This document shows positions 27,153 to 36,754 of a DNA stretch of 64,000 nt, piece after piece. The notes under the pieces were generated by a model that saw nothing but the letters and a program-made list of their open reading frames with translations, was not told the origin of the DNA and ran no database searches. Each line of letters opens with the position of its first letter. Positions within the stretch are counted from its first letter, which is position 1. This DNA comes from an uncultured Verrucomicrobia subdivision 3 bacterium (GTDB lineage Bacteria > Verrucomicrobiota > Verrucomicrobiia > Limisphaerales > UBA11358): contig CAIQWB010000114.1 in NCBI GenBank assembly GCA_903875465.1, positions 36,472 through 100,471 of the forward strand, written 5' to 3'. The position numbers and the translations under genes are program-made.

Positions 27153-27713
27153 ATGAAAAAAACATTAATACTGAGTATTTTGGGGGCGGTCACTGTTCTG
27201 GGACTGTGGGCCGGACGCTTGCAAGCCCAAGATGACATGGGCGGCGGGCCGGGCGGACCACCGCCGGGACAGCCGGGAGACGGGGGACCGGGCGGGCCCG
27301 GAAATTTTGGCGGCAATGGCGGGCCGGGCGGCAACTTCGACCCGGCCCAGTTTGAGCAGCGCATGCAGGCCCGGATCCGCCAGAGCCTCAACGTGACCAA
27401 TGATGATGAATGGGCGGCGATCCAGCCACTCGTCCAAAAGGTCCTGGACACGCGGCGCGCCATTGGCTTCGGCGGCGGGATGGGACCGGGTGGCCGGGGT
27501 CGTCACGGGGCACTGGTCAGCAGCGAGCAGGAAATCTTACAGAAAGCGCTGGATGCGGGCGCGCCAGCTCAGCAAGTCAAAGATGCCCTGGCGAAATGCC
27601 GGAGCGCCCGCGCCGACAAGGAAGCCGAACTGGCGGCGGCGCAAGCCAGCCTAAAAAGTGTGCTGAGCGTGAAGCAGGAGGCCCAGGCCTTCCTTTTGGG
27701 CTTGCTTCCCTGA
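27153..27713 (+). CDS. Hypothetical secreted protein with a Gly/Pro-rich N-terminal region and a helical C-terminal half
   Basis: MKKTLILSILGAVTVLGLWAGRLQAQ signal peptide, then GGGPGGPPPGQPGDGGPGGPGNFGGNGGPGGNF, then an Ala/Gln/Lys-rich helical segment. Confidence 0.6.
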   Translation: MKKTLILSILGAVTVLGLWAGRLQAQDDMGGGPGGPPPGQPGDGGPGGPGNFGGNGGPGGNFDPAQFEQRMQARIRQSLNVTNDDEWAAIQPLVQKVLDTRRAIGFGGGMGPGGRGRHGALVSSEQEILQKALDAGAPAQQVKDALAKCRSARADKEAELAAAQASLKSVLSVKQEAQAFLLGLLP

Positions 27714-27738
27714 GGAGCCACCGGCCGCCATTAATCCC

Positions 27739-29004
27739 ATGAAAACGCCAGCGCCAAAACGACTTCCCACCGTGCCGTGTGCTGGCCAAGGCAAGGCCTT
27801 GGGCCTTGTTTTGGCGCTGTCCGGCTTCCTTCTGGCCGGCCCGGCCGGGGCGACTGCGGCCGACATAGTGGCACCCCATCGGCCGGCCGGCAATCATGAG
27901 GACCACAGTTTGCCGGCGGGTGCCGGCATTTTGGGCAGCACCAACCAGCCAGAGTGGCTGCTGCTAAACTTTCATAACGCACCCATCGAGCAGGTGTTGA
28001 ACTGGTTTAGCGAGACGGCCGGATTCATCGTAATCGCCGAAACCCCAGTCACGGGCACGATCACCCTGACCGGCCCGGCGCCGCTCGGCCTGGCGGAAGC
28101 GGTGGACCAGCTCACGGCGGAGCTAAACCGCCACAATTATACCCTGATACACGCGGGCCGTTACCTGAGCATCGTGGCGAAGTCCGCTGCCAAGACCCGC
28201 GATTTGCCGGTGAAAACCGGCCGTGACCCGGAATTAATTCCCAACAATGCCGAAATGGCCACCTGGATTATTCCCCTCCGGTTCGTTGGGGCCGCAGACT
28301 TGATGAAGGAATTGTCACCGTTCGTGGCCGGAACCGCGACCGTAACCGTGAACGAAGCGGCCAACGTACTGGTGGTGACGGACCTGCAGTCCAACACCCG
28401 GCATTTGGCCCGCATCATCCAGGCCGTGGATAATAGCGCCGAAGCCGAGCGGGAAATCCGCGTTTTCCGCCTGAAATATGCCAATCCCACCGAAGTGGCC
28501 AGTGAGTTGAATACCGTTTTCGGCAACGATACGACGGCGGCCAATGGCGCCACGCTCCCCTTGAATGTGCCTGGTGGTCCAGGTGATTTCCCCGGGACAC
28601 CTGGTGAGACCACGGCAAGGACGAGCCAGCCTGAACGCACCAAAACCGCCTTGCAAGTGAACGTCGTAGCCGATGCGCGACTCTCTGCGGTGGTGGTCAG
28701 CGCGCCACCGGAGTTGCAGCGGCAGATTGCGCGAGTGATGGACAGCCTGGACAGGCCTTCGGCACGCGACCAAAAAGTCTTTGTGTATCATTTGGACCAC
28801 GGGGATCCGAACCAGGTCCTGACCGAGTTGCAAGGTCTTTTCGCGGGCAACAGCGACTCCCAAACCACGGCAAATTCCGCCCAAACCAGCGCGCTCCAAC
28901 AACGCGCCACGAAAAATGGCAGCGCCACCACTTCCAGCAGCAGCACAGGAAACAGTGCAAATGCAGGCAGTGGCACGGCGGGTGGTGGCGGGGGCGGGCC
29001 GTAA
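27739..29004 (+). CDS. Secretin N-domain protein (GspD-like N0/N1/N2 modules) lacking the C-terminal secretin barrel
   Basis: N0-like NFHNAPIEQVLNWFSETAGFIVIAETPVTGTITL. N1/N2-like WIIPLRFVGAADLMKEL...VNEAANVLVVTDLQSN...IIQAVD and IRVFRLKYANPTEVASELNTVF...VVADARLSAVVVSAPPELQRQIARVMDSLD. It ends in a Ser/Thr/Gly tail (TTSSSSTGNSANAGSGTAGGGGGGP). Confidence 0.65.
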   Translation: MKTPAPKRLPTVPCAGQGKALGLVLALSGFLLAGPAGATAADIVAPHRPAGNHEDHSLPAGAGILGSTNQPEWLLLNFHNAPIEQVLNWFSETAGFIVIAETPVTGTITLTGPAPLGLAEAVDQLTAELNRHNYTLIHAGRYLSIVAKSAAKTRDLPVKTGRDPELIPNNAEMATWIIPLRFVGAADLMKELSPFVAGTATVTVNEAANVLVVTDLQSNTRHLARIIQAVDNSAEAEREIRVFRLKYANPTEVASELNTVFGNDTTAANGATLPLNVPGGPGDFPGTPGETTARTSQPERTKTALQVNVVADARLSAVVVSAPPELQRQIARVMDSLDRPSARDQKVFVYHLDHGDPNQVLTELQGLFAGNSDSQTTANSAQTSALQQRATKNGSATTSSSSTGNSANAGSGTAGGGGGGP

Positions 29005-29101
29005 AACCATTCCAGTCTTGATCCTGGCTCCCGGCCGGGTTCAGCCGGTGGATTTGAATTTCACCCCTGCCCCGGACCATTGTAGAATTGATTACTATTT
29101 T

Positions 29102-29608
29102 ATGAATCGATATCGCAAATACATCACTTCCACCGTGGGCTTCACCTTCCTCGTGGTGGGGGTGACCGGAGTTATATTTCAGTTCTTTTTCAAAAACCCC
29201 GTACTGGAGCATATCCACGGCTGGCTTGGCGTTGCGATGGTGGTGGCCGCCATCTTGCACATGCTGCAAAACTGGCAGCCGCTGCAAAAATATATGCGGG
29301 ACGGCCGGGTGCGGCTGCTGCTTGTTCCGGTGGTGGCGGTGATCGCCCTCGCGGCGTTTGGACCCTTCGCGTTGGGGTCCCAGAAATCACGGCGCGAGGG
29401 AAATTTCAATCCCCGGGAAGTGCTCGGCAAACTGGCCCAGGCCAGCGCGACGGATGTGGCCAAAGTGTTCGGCAAAGATGTGAATGCCATTTTTGGCCAG
29501 ATGCAAAGCGACGGGCTCCAGACCATCAGCCCCACCCAGAGCATTCAAGAATTGGCCCGGCAAAACCACCGCTCCCCCGAAGGCATCTTGCCCTATTTTC
29601 TGAAATAG
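29102..29608 (+). CDS. Small membrane protein, DUF4405-like
   Basis: The ATG at 29102 gives MNRYRKYITSTVGFTFLVVGVTGVIFQFF...EHIHGWLGVAMVVAAILHMLQNW. About 3 TM segments, then a soluble ~70-aa tail. Confidence 0.5.
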   Translation: MNRYRKYITSTVGFTFLVVGVTGVIFQFFFKNPVLEHIHGWLGVAMVVAAILHMLQNWQPLQKYMRDGRVRLLLVPVVAVIALAAFGPFALGSQKSRREGNFNPREVLGKLAQASATDVAKVFGKDVNAIFGQMQSDGLQTISPTQSIQELARQNHRSPEGILPYFLK

Positions 29609-29741
29609 CGGTTTTGGATTCATTGGTGGTGTTTGAATAGGATTTCCTAAGCAGCCCAACCCGGAGGCCCAAGGCGCTGGAATCCCCCCCAGCCCAAGCG
29701 AGCGGGTTGGGTGGGTGCTCCCCGCCCCACCATACTCCCCC

Positions 29742-30761
29742 TTAAACCGGGGCGGTCGGCAACACCGTGCGCACCCAGGCTTGATTGGCCAGATACCATT
29801 GAATGGTTTCGCGGAGTCCTTGCTCAAACTGGTGCGCCGGGCGCCAGCCCAGTTCGCGCTCCAGTTTTCCAGCATCAATCGCATAGCGCCGGTCATGGCC
29901 CGGACGGTCGGTCACAAAGGTGATCAACCGGCGGGAACCGCCCCCCAGCGCCGGGGCCAGTTCATCCACCAGGTCGCAAATGAGCTGCACGATGGCCAAA
30001 TTGTTCCATTCATTATGGCCACCGATATTGTAGGTCTCCCCCACCCGACCCCGTTGCAACACGGTCCACAAGGCTGTGGCATGGTCGCGCACGTAAAGCC
30101 AGTCGCGCACGTTCAGGCCATCGCCATAGACCGGAATGGAGCGGCGCGCCAGCACGCTTTGAATCACCACCGGAATTAATTTTTCCGGAAACTGGTAAGG
30201 CCCGTAGTTGTTGGAGCAATTGGTAATGACTGTGGGCAGTCCATACGTATGATGATAGGCCCGCACCAGCAGGTCGCTGGCCGCCTTGCTGGCTGAATAC
30301 GGCGAGTTTGGCGCGTAGGCGGTGGTTTCGGAGAATCGTCCCGCGGGCCCCAGCGAACCATACACTTCATCCGTGGAGACATGATGAAAACGGCGGCCGG
30401 TGTAATCCGGTCCCCACACTGCCCGGCAGGCTTCCAGCAAATGGAAGGTGCCCACCACATTAGTGTGAATAAAATCACCCGGCCCGCTGATGGAGCGGTC
30501 CACGTGCGACTCGGCGGCGAGATGCAGGACATGGGTAATCGCGTGGCGCTCCACCACGGTATGCACCGCCGGCTGGTCCCGCAAATCCACCCGTTCAAAG
30601 ACATACTTGGGGTGTCCCGCCACGGCCGCCAGGTTCTCCAAGTGGCCGGCGTAAGTCAGGCAATCCAGATTCACGAGCGTTTGAATGACCGGCTCGTCGA
30701 TGAGCTGGTGAATGAGATTGGAGCCAATGAAGCCCGCTCCGCCGGTGATCAACAAGTTCAT
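29742..30761 (-). CDS. rfbB: dTDP-glucose 4,6-dehydratase
   Basis: [16 protein letters not shown]...YSASKAASD (YxxxK motif). The ATG at 30761 overlaps the upstream stop (ATGA). The track start at 30881 is an extension. Confidence 0.95.
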   Translation of the reverse strand: MNLLITGGAGFIGSNLIHQLIDEPVIQTLVNLDCLTYAGHLENLAAVAGHPKYVFERVDLRDQPAVHTVVERHAITHVLHLAAESHVDRSISGPGDFIHTNVVGTFHLLEACRAVWGPDYTGRRFHHVSTDEVYGSLGPAGRFSETTAYAPNSPYSASKAASDLLVRAYHHTYGLPTVITNCSNNYGPYQFPEKLIPVVIQSVLARRSIPVYGDGLNVRDWLYVRDHATALWTVLQRGRVGETYNIGGHNEWNNLAIVQLICDLVDELAPALGGGSRRLITFVTDRPGHDRRYAIDAGKLERELGWRPAHQFEQGLRETIQWYLANQAWVRTVLPTAPV

Positions 30762-31729
30762 GGCTCCGTTAAATTCCACGGTTGGGCGGGCTGCCAATGC
30801 TGGAGCGAATCCTCCAGGGCCTCCATGACCGGCCGCAGTTTGACGCCCGTGGCCAGCAACTTGGAAACATCCAGCACGCAATTGGACCGGGGGGTTTTGG
30901 CGGCCAGCCGGTAAAATTCCTCATCGCTGGACCAGTATTCCAAGGGGCGGGTCAGTTTCAGCCGGGCCTGGATCAAATCCGCCACCTGATGCGTGGAGAC
31001 AAAACCGGGATTGGTGACATTATACGTGCCAAACGGCGCGCGCCGCTCCCATAAATCCAGGCACGCCCGCACGAAATCGCGCCGGTGGGAGATGGAATTC
31101 ACGTTTTCATAAACCCGGGGGTAATTCTGGATTTTGCTGAGATAATTCCGGGGGCTGTCCACTTCATCAAAGGGAATGCGCATCCGCCAGATGTAGCTGC
31201 TGCCCAGCCCGCTGATGGCGGCTTCCGCCAGGGCCTTGGTGCCGCTGTAAAAACTGCAGGGCGGATCTTGGAAACAAAAGTTGGGCAGGTCCGTCTCGGC
31301 ATAACCCTGGATATTTTCGGGCGCGGTGGCCAGCACGGCCCGGCCGGCGGGGGACATGAGGTCTTTTACCGCCTGCCAGCCCTCGGCGGTGGGGATTTTG
31401 GCACCGGCATAACAGCAACCCGAGGAAACATGCCCCCACGGCACCCCGGCCACACTGCACGCCTGGGCGATGGTTTGGGGCAGTAGCAAATTTCCGGCAA
31501 TGGTCCCGCCTTTGTCCTGTTCACAGGCATCCACATTCGGTTTGCCTGTGTAACCCGCTGCATTAATGACAAACTGGGGCATCACGGAGCGCAGCAAGGG
31601 CAGCAGCACGTCAAAGCGGGTGTAATCCAGTTCGTGCCGGGAGAGCGCCCGGAACTCCCATTGGCGCTGGCGCAGTTCGCTCACAAACGCCTGGCCCACA
31701 TAGCCGGTGCCGCCCAATAATAAGATCAT
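30758..31729 (-). CDS. NAD(P)-dependent SDR-family sugar-nucleotide reductase/epimerase (RmlD-like)
   Basis: [15 protein letters not shown] Rossmann motif and YSGTKALAE (YxxxK). It sits between rfbA and rfbB with overlapping stop/start codons. Confidence 0.7.
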   Translation of the reverse strand: MILLLGGTGYVGQAFVSELRQRQWEFRALSRHELDYTRFDVLLPLLRSVMPQFVINAAGYTGKPNVDACEQDKGGTIAGNLLLPQTIAQACSVAGVPWGHVSSGCCYAGAKIPTAEGWQAVKDLMSPAGRAVLATAPENIQGYAETDLPNFCFQDPPCSFYSGTKALAEAAISGLGSSYIWRMRIPFDEVDSPRNYLSKIQNYPRVYENVNSISHRRDFVRACLDLWERRAPFGTYNVTNPGFVSTHQVADLIQARLKLTRPLEYWSSDEEFYRLAAKTPRSNCVLDVSKLLATGVKLRPVMEALEDSLQHWQPAQPWNLTEP

Positions 31730-32613
31730 GGCGTGGGGATAGATGGTTGGGCCTCGGCGAGGACCTGGTTTTCAAGATAATCCCGGTATTCGCACCGGGG
31801 CATTTGCCGGGTGAGCGCGGCCAGCTCGGACAGCGATAGAAAACCGGCGGCGTAAGCCGCCTCCTCCGGGCACCCGATCTTAATGCCTGCGCGCTTTTCA
31901 ATGGTCTGCACATACGCACTCGCCTCGTGCAGGCTGCTGCTGGTGCCCGCATCCAGCCAGGCGAAGCCCCGGGGCAGGCGCTGCACCCGCAAGTCCCCGC
32001 GGCGGAGATAGGTGCTGTTCACATCCGTGATCTCCAGTTCCCCACGGGCGGAGGGTTGCAGCCCCCGGCAAATGGCCAGCACGGAATTATCATAAATATA
32101 AAAGCCCGGGACGGCGTAATTGCTCTTGGGCGTGCGCGGCTTTTCCTCGATGGAGATGGCGCGGCCGTCAGTATCAAACTCAATCACCCCATAACGCTCG
32201 GGATCCTGCACATGATACCCAAAGAGTGTGGCCCCGGACCGAAACTCCGCCACCGCCCGCTGCAGGGTGTCACTCCCGTAAAAAATATTATCCCCCAGAA
32301 TCAGGGCCACCGGGCCGGTGCCCACAAAGGACTCGGCAATGAGGAACGCCTGGGCGATGCCGGCCGGCCGGGCTTGTTCGCGATATTCGATGGCCAGTCC
32401 CCAGGCCCGGCCGTCCCCCAGCAATTGCCGGAAACGCGGCAGTTCCCCCGGGGTGGAAATCAGGCAAATCTCGCGGATGCCCCCCTCGATCAACGTGGTG
32501 AGGGCATAATAAATCATGGGCTTGTCATACACCGGTTGCAACTGTTTGCTCGCCACCAGGGTGAGCGGAAACAGCCGCGAGCCCGTGCCGCCGGCTAAAA
32601 TGATTCCCTTCAT
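31726..32613 (-). CDS. rfbA: Glucose-1-phosphate thymidylyltransferase
   Basis: MKGIILAGGTGSRLFPLT...KQLQPVYDKPMIYY. 295 aa. Confidence 0.95.
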   Translation of the reverse strand: MKGIILAGGTGSRLFPLTLVASKQLQPVYDKPMIYYALTTLIEGGIREICLISTPGELPRFRQLLGDGRAWGLAIEYREQARPAGIAQAFLIAESFVGTGPVALILGDNIFYGSDTLQRAVAEFRSGATLFGYHVQDPERYGVIEFDTDGRAISIEEKPRTPKSNYAVPGFYIYDNSVLAICRGLQPSARGELEITDVNSTYLRRGDLRVQRLPRGFAWLDAGTSSSLHEASAYVQTIEKRAGIKIGCPEEAAYAAGFLSLSELAALTRQMPRCEYRDYLENQVLAEAQPSIPTP

Positions 32614-32781
32614 GCCCCGCTAACCTAGCCCTTCCACCCCGGCAAAGAAATCCCAAAGTGCCGGCGGCGGGCTTGAGTTTGCCGGCCGGCCCACTGGTTT
32701 CCGCCCCCCGAGCCAACCGAATCCGCATCGCGACCATATTTATATTGCTTACGCCGAAAATCATGGGATGATACCAGCAGT

Positions 32782-32859
32782 CGGAGCGTAGCTCAGCCTG
32801 GCTAGAGCACTTGGTTTGGGACCAAGACGTCGCAGGTTCGAATCCTGTCGCTCCGACCA
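32782..32859 (+). tRNA. tRNA-Pro (anticodon UGG), CCA encoded
   Basis: Folded by hand. Acceptor stem CGGAGCG/CGCTCCG, D arm GCTC/GAGC, anticodon stem CTTGG/CCAAG with loop TT-TGG-GA (G37), T arm GCAGG-TTCGAAT-CCTGT, discriminator A, CCA. Confidence 0.9.
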
Positions 32860-33126
32860 TTTCATTTCGCCTTTTAAAATCAGCGTCCTCGTCTCTCCTG
32901 CCACGGTCCAAACTAACTGACGTACCGGCAGCATTTTAGCCACGTTTCAGCCCTCAAGCAGCATTAGGATGGTGCTTTTTGGACACCGCTCAACTGGCCA
33001 ATTATAATGTAAGTGGACAAAATCGAACAGAGTGAGTTTTCGTCGAATGATTTCTAAGGTCACAGATGGTGGCGATTTGCGGGGGAAAATGGACGATTTT
33101 AAGAATTTAACCTGAAATCAATCAAC

Positions 33127-33142
33127 TGGCATCCATCTTGCT
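33127..33142 (+). promoter_or_regulatory. Sigma-54 (-24/-12) type promoter upstream of glnK-amtB
   Basis: TGGCAT-ccatc-TTGCT. The GG-to-GC spacing is identical to the consensus TGGCAC-N5-TTGCA. It lies about 140 nt upstream of the glnK ATG. Confidence 0.55.
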
Positions 33143-33267
33143 TCGGACTTCTAGTGCCAATTACAGCCATCACAAGCTGGGTAGTGTGCATCCGCCCGGC
33201 CGGCGTATGTGAGTTGCGCCGGGAAACCGGACGCAAGATTGGCCCGGTAAGACGCAGCTCAAAATAA

Positions 33268-33618
<351 letters not shown>

Positions 33619-33655
33619 ACCCCAACCCCATTTGAACCTCACTCACAATAAACAC

Positions 33656-35218
33656 ATGAAAAGACATTTTTTAACCCTGGCATTGCTGGCCGCCACAGCT
33701 TTTGGCGCTTTGAACCTGCGCGCGGACGACACGAATATGGCCGCTGCGGCCACTAATGCGGTGGCTGCTGCCACGACTGCGGCTCCGGCCACGCCGGCCC
33801 CCCTGCCGACCGGCACCATGGATCAACGCGTCGCGGCTTTGGAGGCTTACATTGCCAACACTGATCCAACCGCTCCGCTGAAGGACACCAATGGAACCCA
33901 GACCGCCACCACGGCCATCATCGGGAACCCCGGTCCTGGTCATAATGCCTGGCTGCTCACGAGCACGGCTTTGGTGTTATTCATGACCCTGCCCGGTCTC
34001 GCGCTCTTCTACGGCGGCTTGGTGCGCAAAAAGAATGTGCTCTCCGTGCTGGCCCAATGCTTTTTGATCACCGGTTTGGTAACCATCCTGTGGGTGATCT
34101 GCGGTTATTCCCAGATTTTTGCCGGTACGGGAGCGGCGGCCAAGGAAGACGTGATCAACGGGATTGTCGGCAGTCCGAATATCGACTTCATGCTGAAAAA
34201 TGTGACGTCGGCGCCGAATTCCAATTACTCTTATTGGGTTTCAGAAAACGTGTTTGCCATGTTTCAGCTGATGTTTGCCATCATCACCCCGGCACTGATC
34301 ATTGGCAGTATCGCCGAGCGCATGAAATTCTCCGCCATTCTGATATTCATGACCCTGTGGATGTTCATAGTTTATTTCACCCAAGGCCACATGGTATGGG
34401 GTATTAACGGCATCATGAACGGCGTGTGGAATGCCAATGCGAAAATCAAGGCCATTGACTTCGCCGGTGGTACGGTGGTGCATATGACTTCCGGATGGAC
34501 GGCCCTGGTGCTCGCCTTGATTTTGGGCAAGCGCGTGGGCTTTGGCAAAGAGAACTTCGCGCCGCATAGCATCGTGTTGTGCTACATCGGCACGGGCATG
34601 CTCTGGGTGGGTTGGTACGGTTTCAACTCGGGGTCGGCGGTCGCGGCTGACGTCGTGGCGGCCAATGCCTTCACCACTACGACCATTGCCACTGCGGTCG
34701 CCTCCTTCGTATGGCCCATGATCGAATGGATCGTCAAGGGCAAGCCCAGCGTTCTGGGTTTCTGTTCCGGTGCCGTGGCCGGGCTGGTGGTCATTACCCC
34801 GGCTTGCGGTTTCGTCACGCCGCAGGGCTCCATCGCCATCGGGGTCGCCGCCGGTATCATCCCCTGGTTCTTTGTGTTCAAAGTCAAGGGCTGGTTCGGT
34901 TATGATGACGCGCTGGACACCTTCGGGGTGCATGCCGTTGGCGGTACGTTGGGAGCCATCATGACAGGCATGCTGGCGCGTAATGTGGCCAATGCCAACC
35001 TCGCCACCAACCTCAAGGCGTACGTGACGGACAGCCTGTTCCAACCGTTGCTCTGGGAACAGCTCAAGGCGGTCGGGATCACCCTGGCCCTGGTTATCCC
35101 CAGCACGATCATCATTGCTTACATCACCAAGGCGCTGGTCGGTCTGCGTCCGACGGAAGAAGTTGAAGTGGCCGGTCTGGACATTGCCGAACACGGCGAA
35201 GAAGGCTACCACAGCTAA
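33656..35218 (+). CDS. amtB: Ammonium transporter (Amt family) with signal peptide and an Ala/Thr-rich N-terminal extension
   Basis: The ATG at 33656 gives MKRHFLTLALLAATAFGALNLRA. Amt core: AIDFAGGTVVHMTSGWTALVLALILGKR...GVHAVGGTLGAIMTG. Confidence 0.93.
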   Translation: MKRHFLTLALLAATAFGALNLRADDTNMAAAATNAVAAATTAAPATPAPLPTGTMDQRVAALEAYIANTDPTAPLKDTNGTQTATTAIIGNPGPGHNAWLLTSTALVLFMTLPGLALFYGGLVRKKNVLSVLAQCFLITGLVTILWVICGYSQIFAGTGAAAKEDVINGIVGSPNIDFMLKNVTSAPNSNYSYWVSENVFAMFQLMFAIITPALIIGSIAERMKFSAILIFMTLWMFIVYFTQGHMVWGINGIMNGVWNANAKIKAIDFAGGTVVHMTSGWTALVLALILGKRVGFGKENFAPHSIVLCYIGTGMLWVGWYGFNSGSAVAADVVAANAFTTTTIATAVASFVWPMIEWIVKGKPSVLGFCSGAVAGLVVITPACGFVTPQGSIAIGVAAGIIPWFFVFKVKGWFGYDDALDTFGVHAVGGTLGAIMTGMLARNVANANLATNLKAYVTDSLFQPLLWEQLKAVGITLALVIPSTIIIAYITKALVGLRPTEEVEVAGLDIAEHGEEGYHS

Positions 35219-35237
35219 GCCTTAGAGTTGAATCATC

Positions 35238-35282
35238 ACGCCGGTGGTTGACGGAAGTCGCCACCGGCGTTTTGGCTTTTTT
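35238..35282 (+). terminator. Rho-independent terminator after amtB
   Basis: Perfect 10-bp stem acgccggtgg/ccaccggcgt followed by ttttggctttttt. Confidence 0.7.
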
Positions 35283-35359
35283 GGGGGGATCGTGTGGAAA
35301 ATCCAATGGGGGGCCAAGGGATCCACAGCGGCAGACCGCCAGTCAGCCGGGTAGCCGCA

Positions 35360-36205
35360 TCAACGCACTTCAACCACCAGGGCGGTGACGTTGTCGCGAC
35401 CATCCCGGGTAATGGAGGTTTCCACCAGGCGGCGCGCTGGATTGGGTGGGAGCGCTGGAGCCGGCGAGGCACGCAACAATTCCAGCAGTGAGTGATCGTA
35501 CAACCCCTCCACCAACCCATCCGTACACAGCAGAAATTGATCGCCAGGGGCAAGGGCAATGGAACCCACCTGGGGGTCCACAAACTGATTGCCACCGCCG
35601 AGGGCCTTTTGGAGGACATTCCGGCGGGGATGGGTGCGGGCTTCCCGTTCATTCATTTTCCCTTCCCGAAAGAGCCAGCCCACGTAAGTATCATCCTGGC
35701 TCAATTGGTGAATACCACCCGCCTGGGGCAGGTGATAAATACGACTGTCGCCCACATGGCCAAAATACATGCGGCCCGGGGTAAACCAGCACAGGCTCAA
35801 CGTCGCCTCCATATCCGCACATTCATCGTAAGAACTGCCCAGGTACTTGAGTGCCCGATGAACCTGCCGGAATAATTCGGTGAGCACCCCACCGGCTTCG
35901 GCCATGGACCGGCGTTCGGGGCGGCGGAAGGCGTGCGGCAACAGGGTGGTAATTTTATCCACGGCAATCCGGCTGGCATACTCGCCGGCCATGGCTCCGC
36001 CCATGCCATCACTCACCGCAAAGGCAAAGTCTGCATTACCAGTGTCCGCCTCCCCAATTTTGCCCAGATGCTCCACCTTCGTGGCATCAAACTTCAACCC
36101 CAGGAAGGCATCCTCATTATTGGTCCGCACCCGCCCGCGATCAGTCATGCCATCCCAGTGCAGGGTGGGAGCGGTTTTGGGGCAGGCAGCTTTGGTCTTG
36201 GGCAT
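35360..36205 (-). CDS. PP2C-family Ser/Thr protein phosphatase
   Basis: DRGRVRTNNEDAF...FAVSDGMGGAMAGEYAS...LLCTDGL...RDNVTALVVEV. 281 aa. Confidence 0.9.
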   Translation of the reverse strand: MPKTKAACPKTAPTLHWDGMTDRGRVRTNNEDAFLGLKFDATKVEHLGKIGEADTGNADFAFAVSDGMGGAMAGEYASRIAVDKITTLLPHAFRRPERRSMAEAGGVLTELFRQVHRALKYLGSSYDECADMEATLSLCWFTPGRMYFGHVGDSRIYHLPQAGGIHQLSQDDTYVGWLFREGKMNEREARTHPRRNVLQKALGGGNQFVDPQVGSIALAPGDQFLLCTDGLVEGLYDHSLLELLRASPAPALPPNPARRLVETSITRDGRDNVTALVVEVR

Positions 36206-36211
36206 GGATGA

Positions 36212-36595
36212 TTATTTGGCCTCCGGCAACAGGGTGGCAAATTCAAAATCAATCAAACAGAAGCGTCCATCGGACTGGCGGTACGTGACGTTGCGCATGT
36301 CCGGATCGTCATGGCGCACGCCGTAGGGCAGCAACTCGGCAAACAAACTGGCACGACGCTCCTCATCCAGATGATTTACCCGGGTGCCGCAATTGGTGGT
36401 GATGATCCGCAATTTTGCCGGATCGGCTTCCAACAGGCGGGGTACGAAATGGCAACCACGTTGCTCCAGGTGCCGTAATACGCGCACCTCGTTGTCGTAG
36501 CGCAGCTGGGCGTCGGACCCGTGGTAGGTCTTTTCCACCCGGCCGTCGAAACTCAGGCGGACCGTGGCGCGGAGGGTATCTTTGACTTGCAGCAT
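36212..36595 (-). CDS. 127-aa protein-kinase-like mini ORF (N-lobe plus catalytic loop plus DFE, no C-lobe)
   Basis: GRVEKTY (beta3 Lys), YDNEVRVLRHLE (alphaC Glu), RHDDPDMRN (D and N at the HRDLKPEN positions), LIDFE 14 residues later. The ORF ends 8 residues after DFE. Its stop is 6 nt upstream of the PP2C ATG. Confidence 0.5.
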   Translation of the reverse strand: MLQVKDTLRATVRLSFDGRVEKTYHGSDAQLRYDNEVRVLRHLEQRGCHFVPRLLEADPAKLRIITTNCGTRVNHLDEERRASLFAELLPYGVRHDDPDMRNVTYRQSDGRFCLIDFEFATLLPEAK

Positions 36596-36754
36596 AGCCG
36601 GCGATTTAAGTGAGCGCTTAAAGCGGGGGGATTACAACTTAAAAATTTAGCAGTGCTAGTAGTCGACCAGGATGCCACGATCGAATTCCACGGATGCAAT
36701 TCCCCTCGACTTGGTTTTAAATTAACCATTAAATCGGCGGGTACTCCAAATTAT

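Noticed and set aside
28916-29101. Long N-terminal extension of the DUF4405-like ORF overlapping the secretin-N gene, considered as a sign of a frameshifted full-length secretin
   Set aside because: The extension is Ala/Pro/Arg junk in another frame. Only ~100 bp separate the secretin-N stop from the ATG at 29102, so no secretin barrel (about 250 aa or more) could be hidden here.
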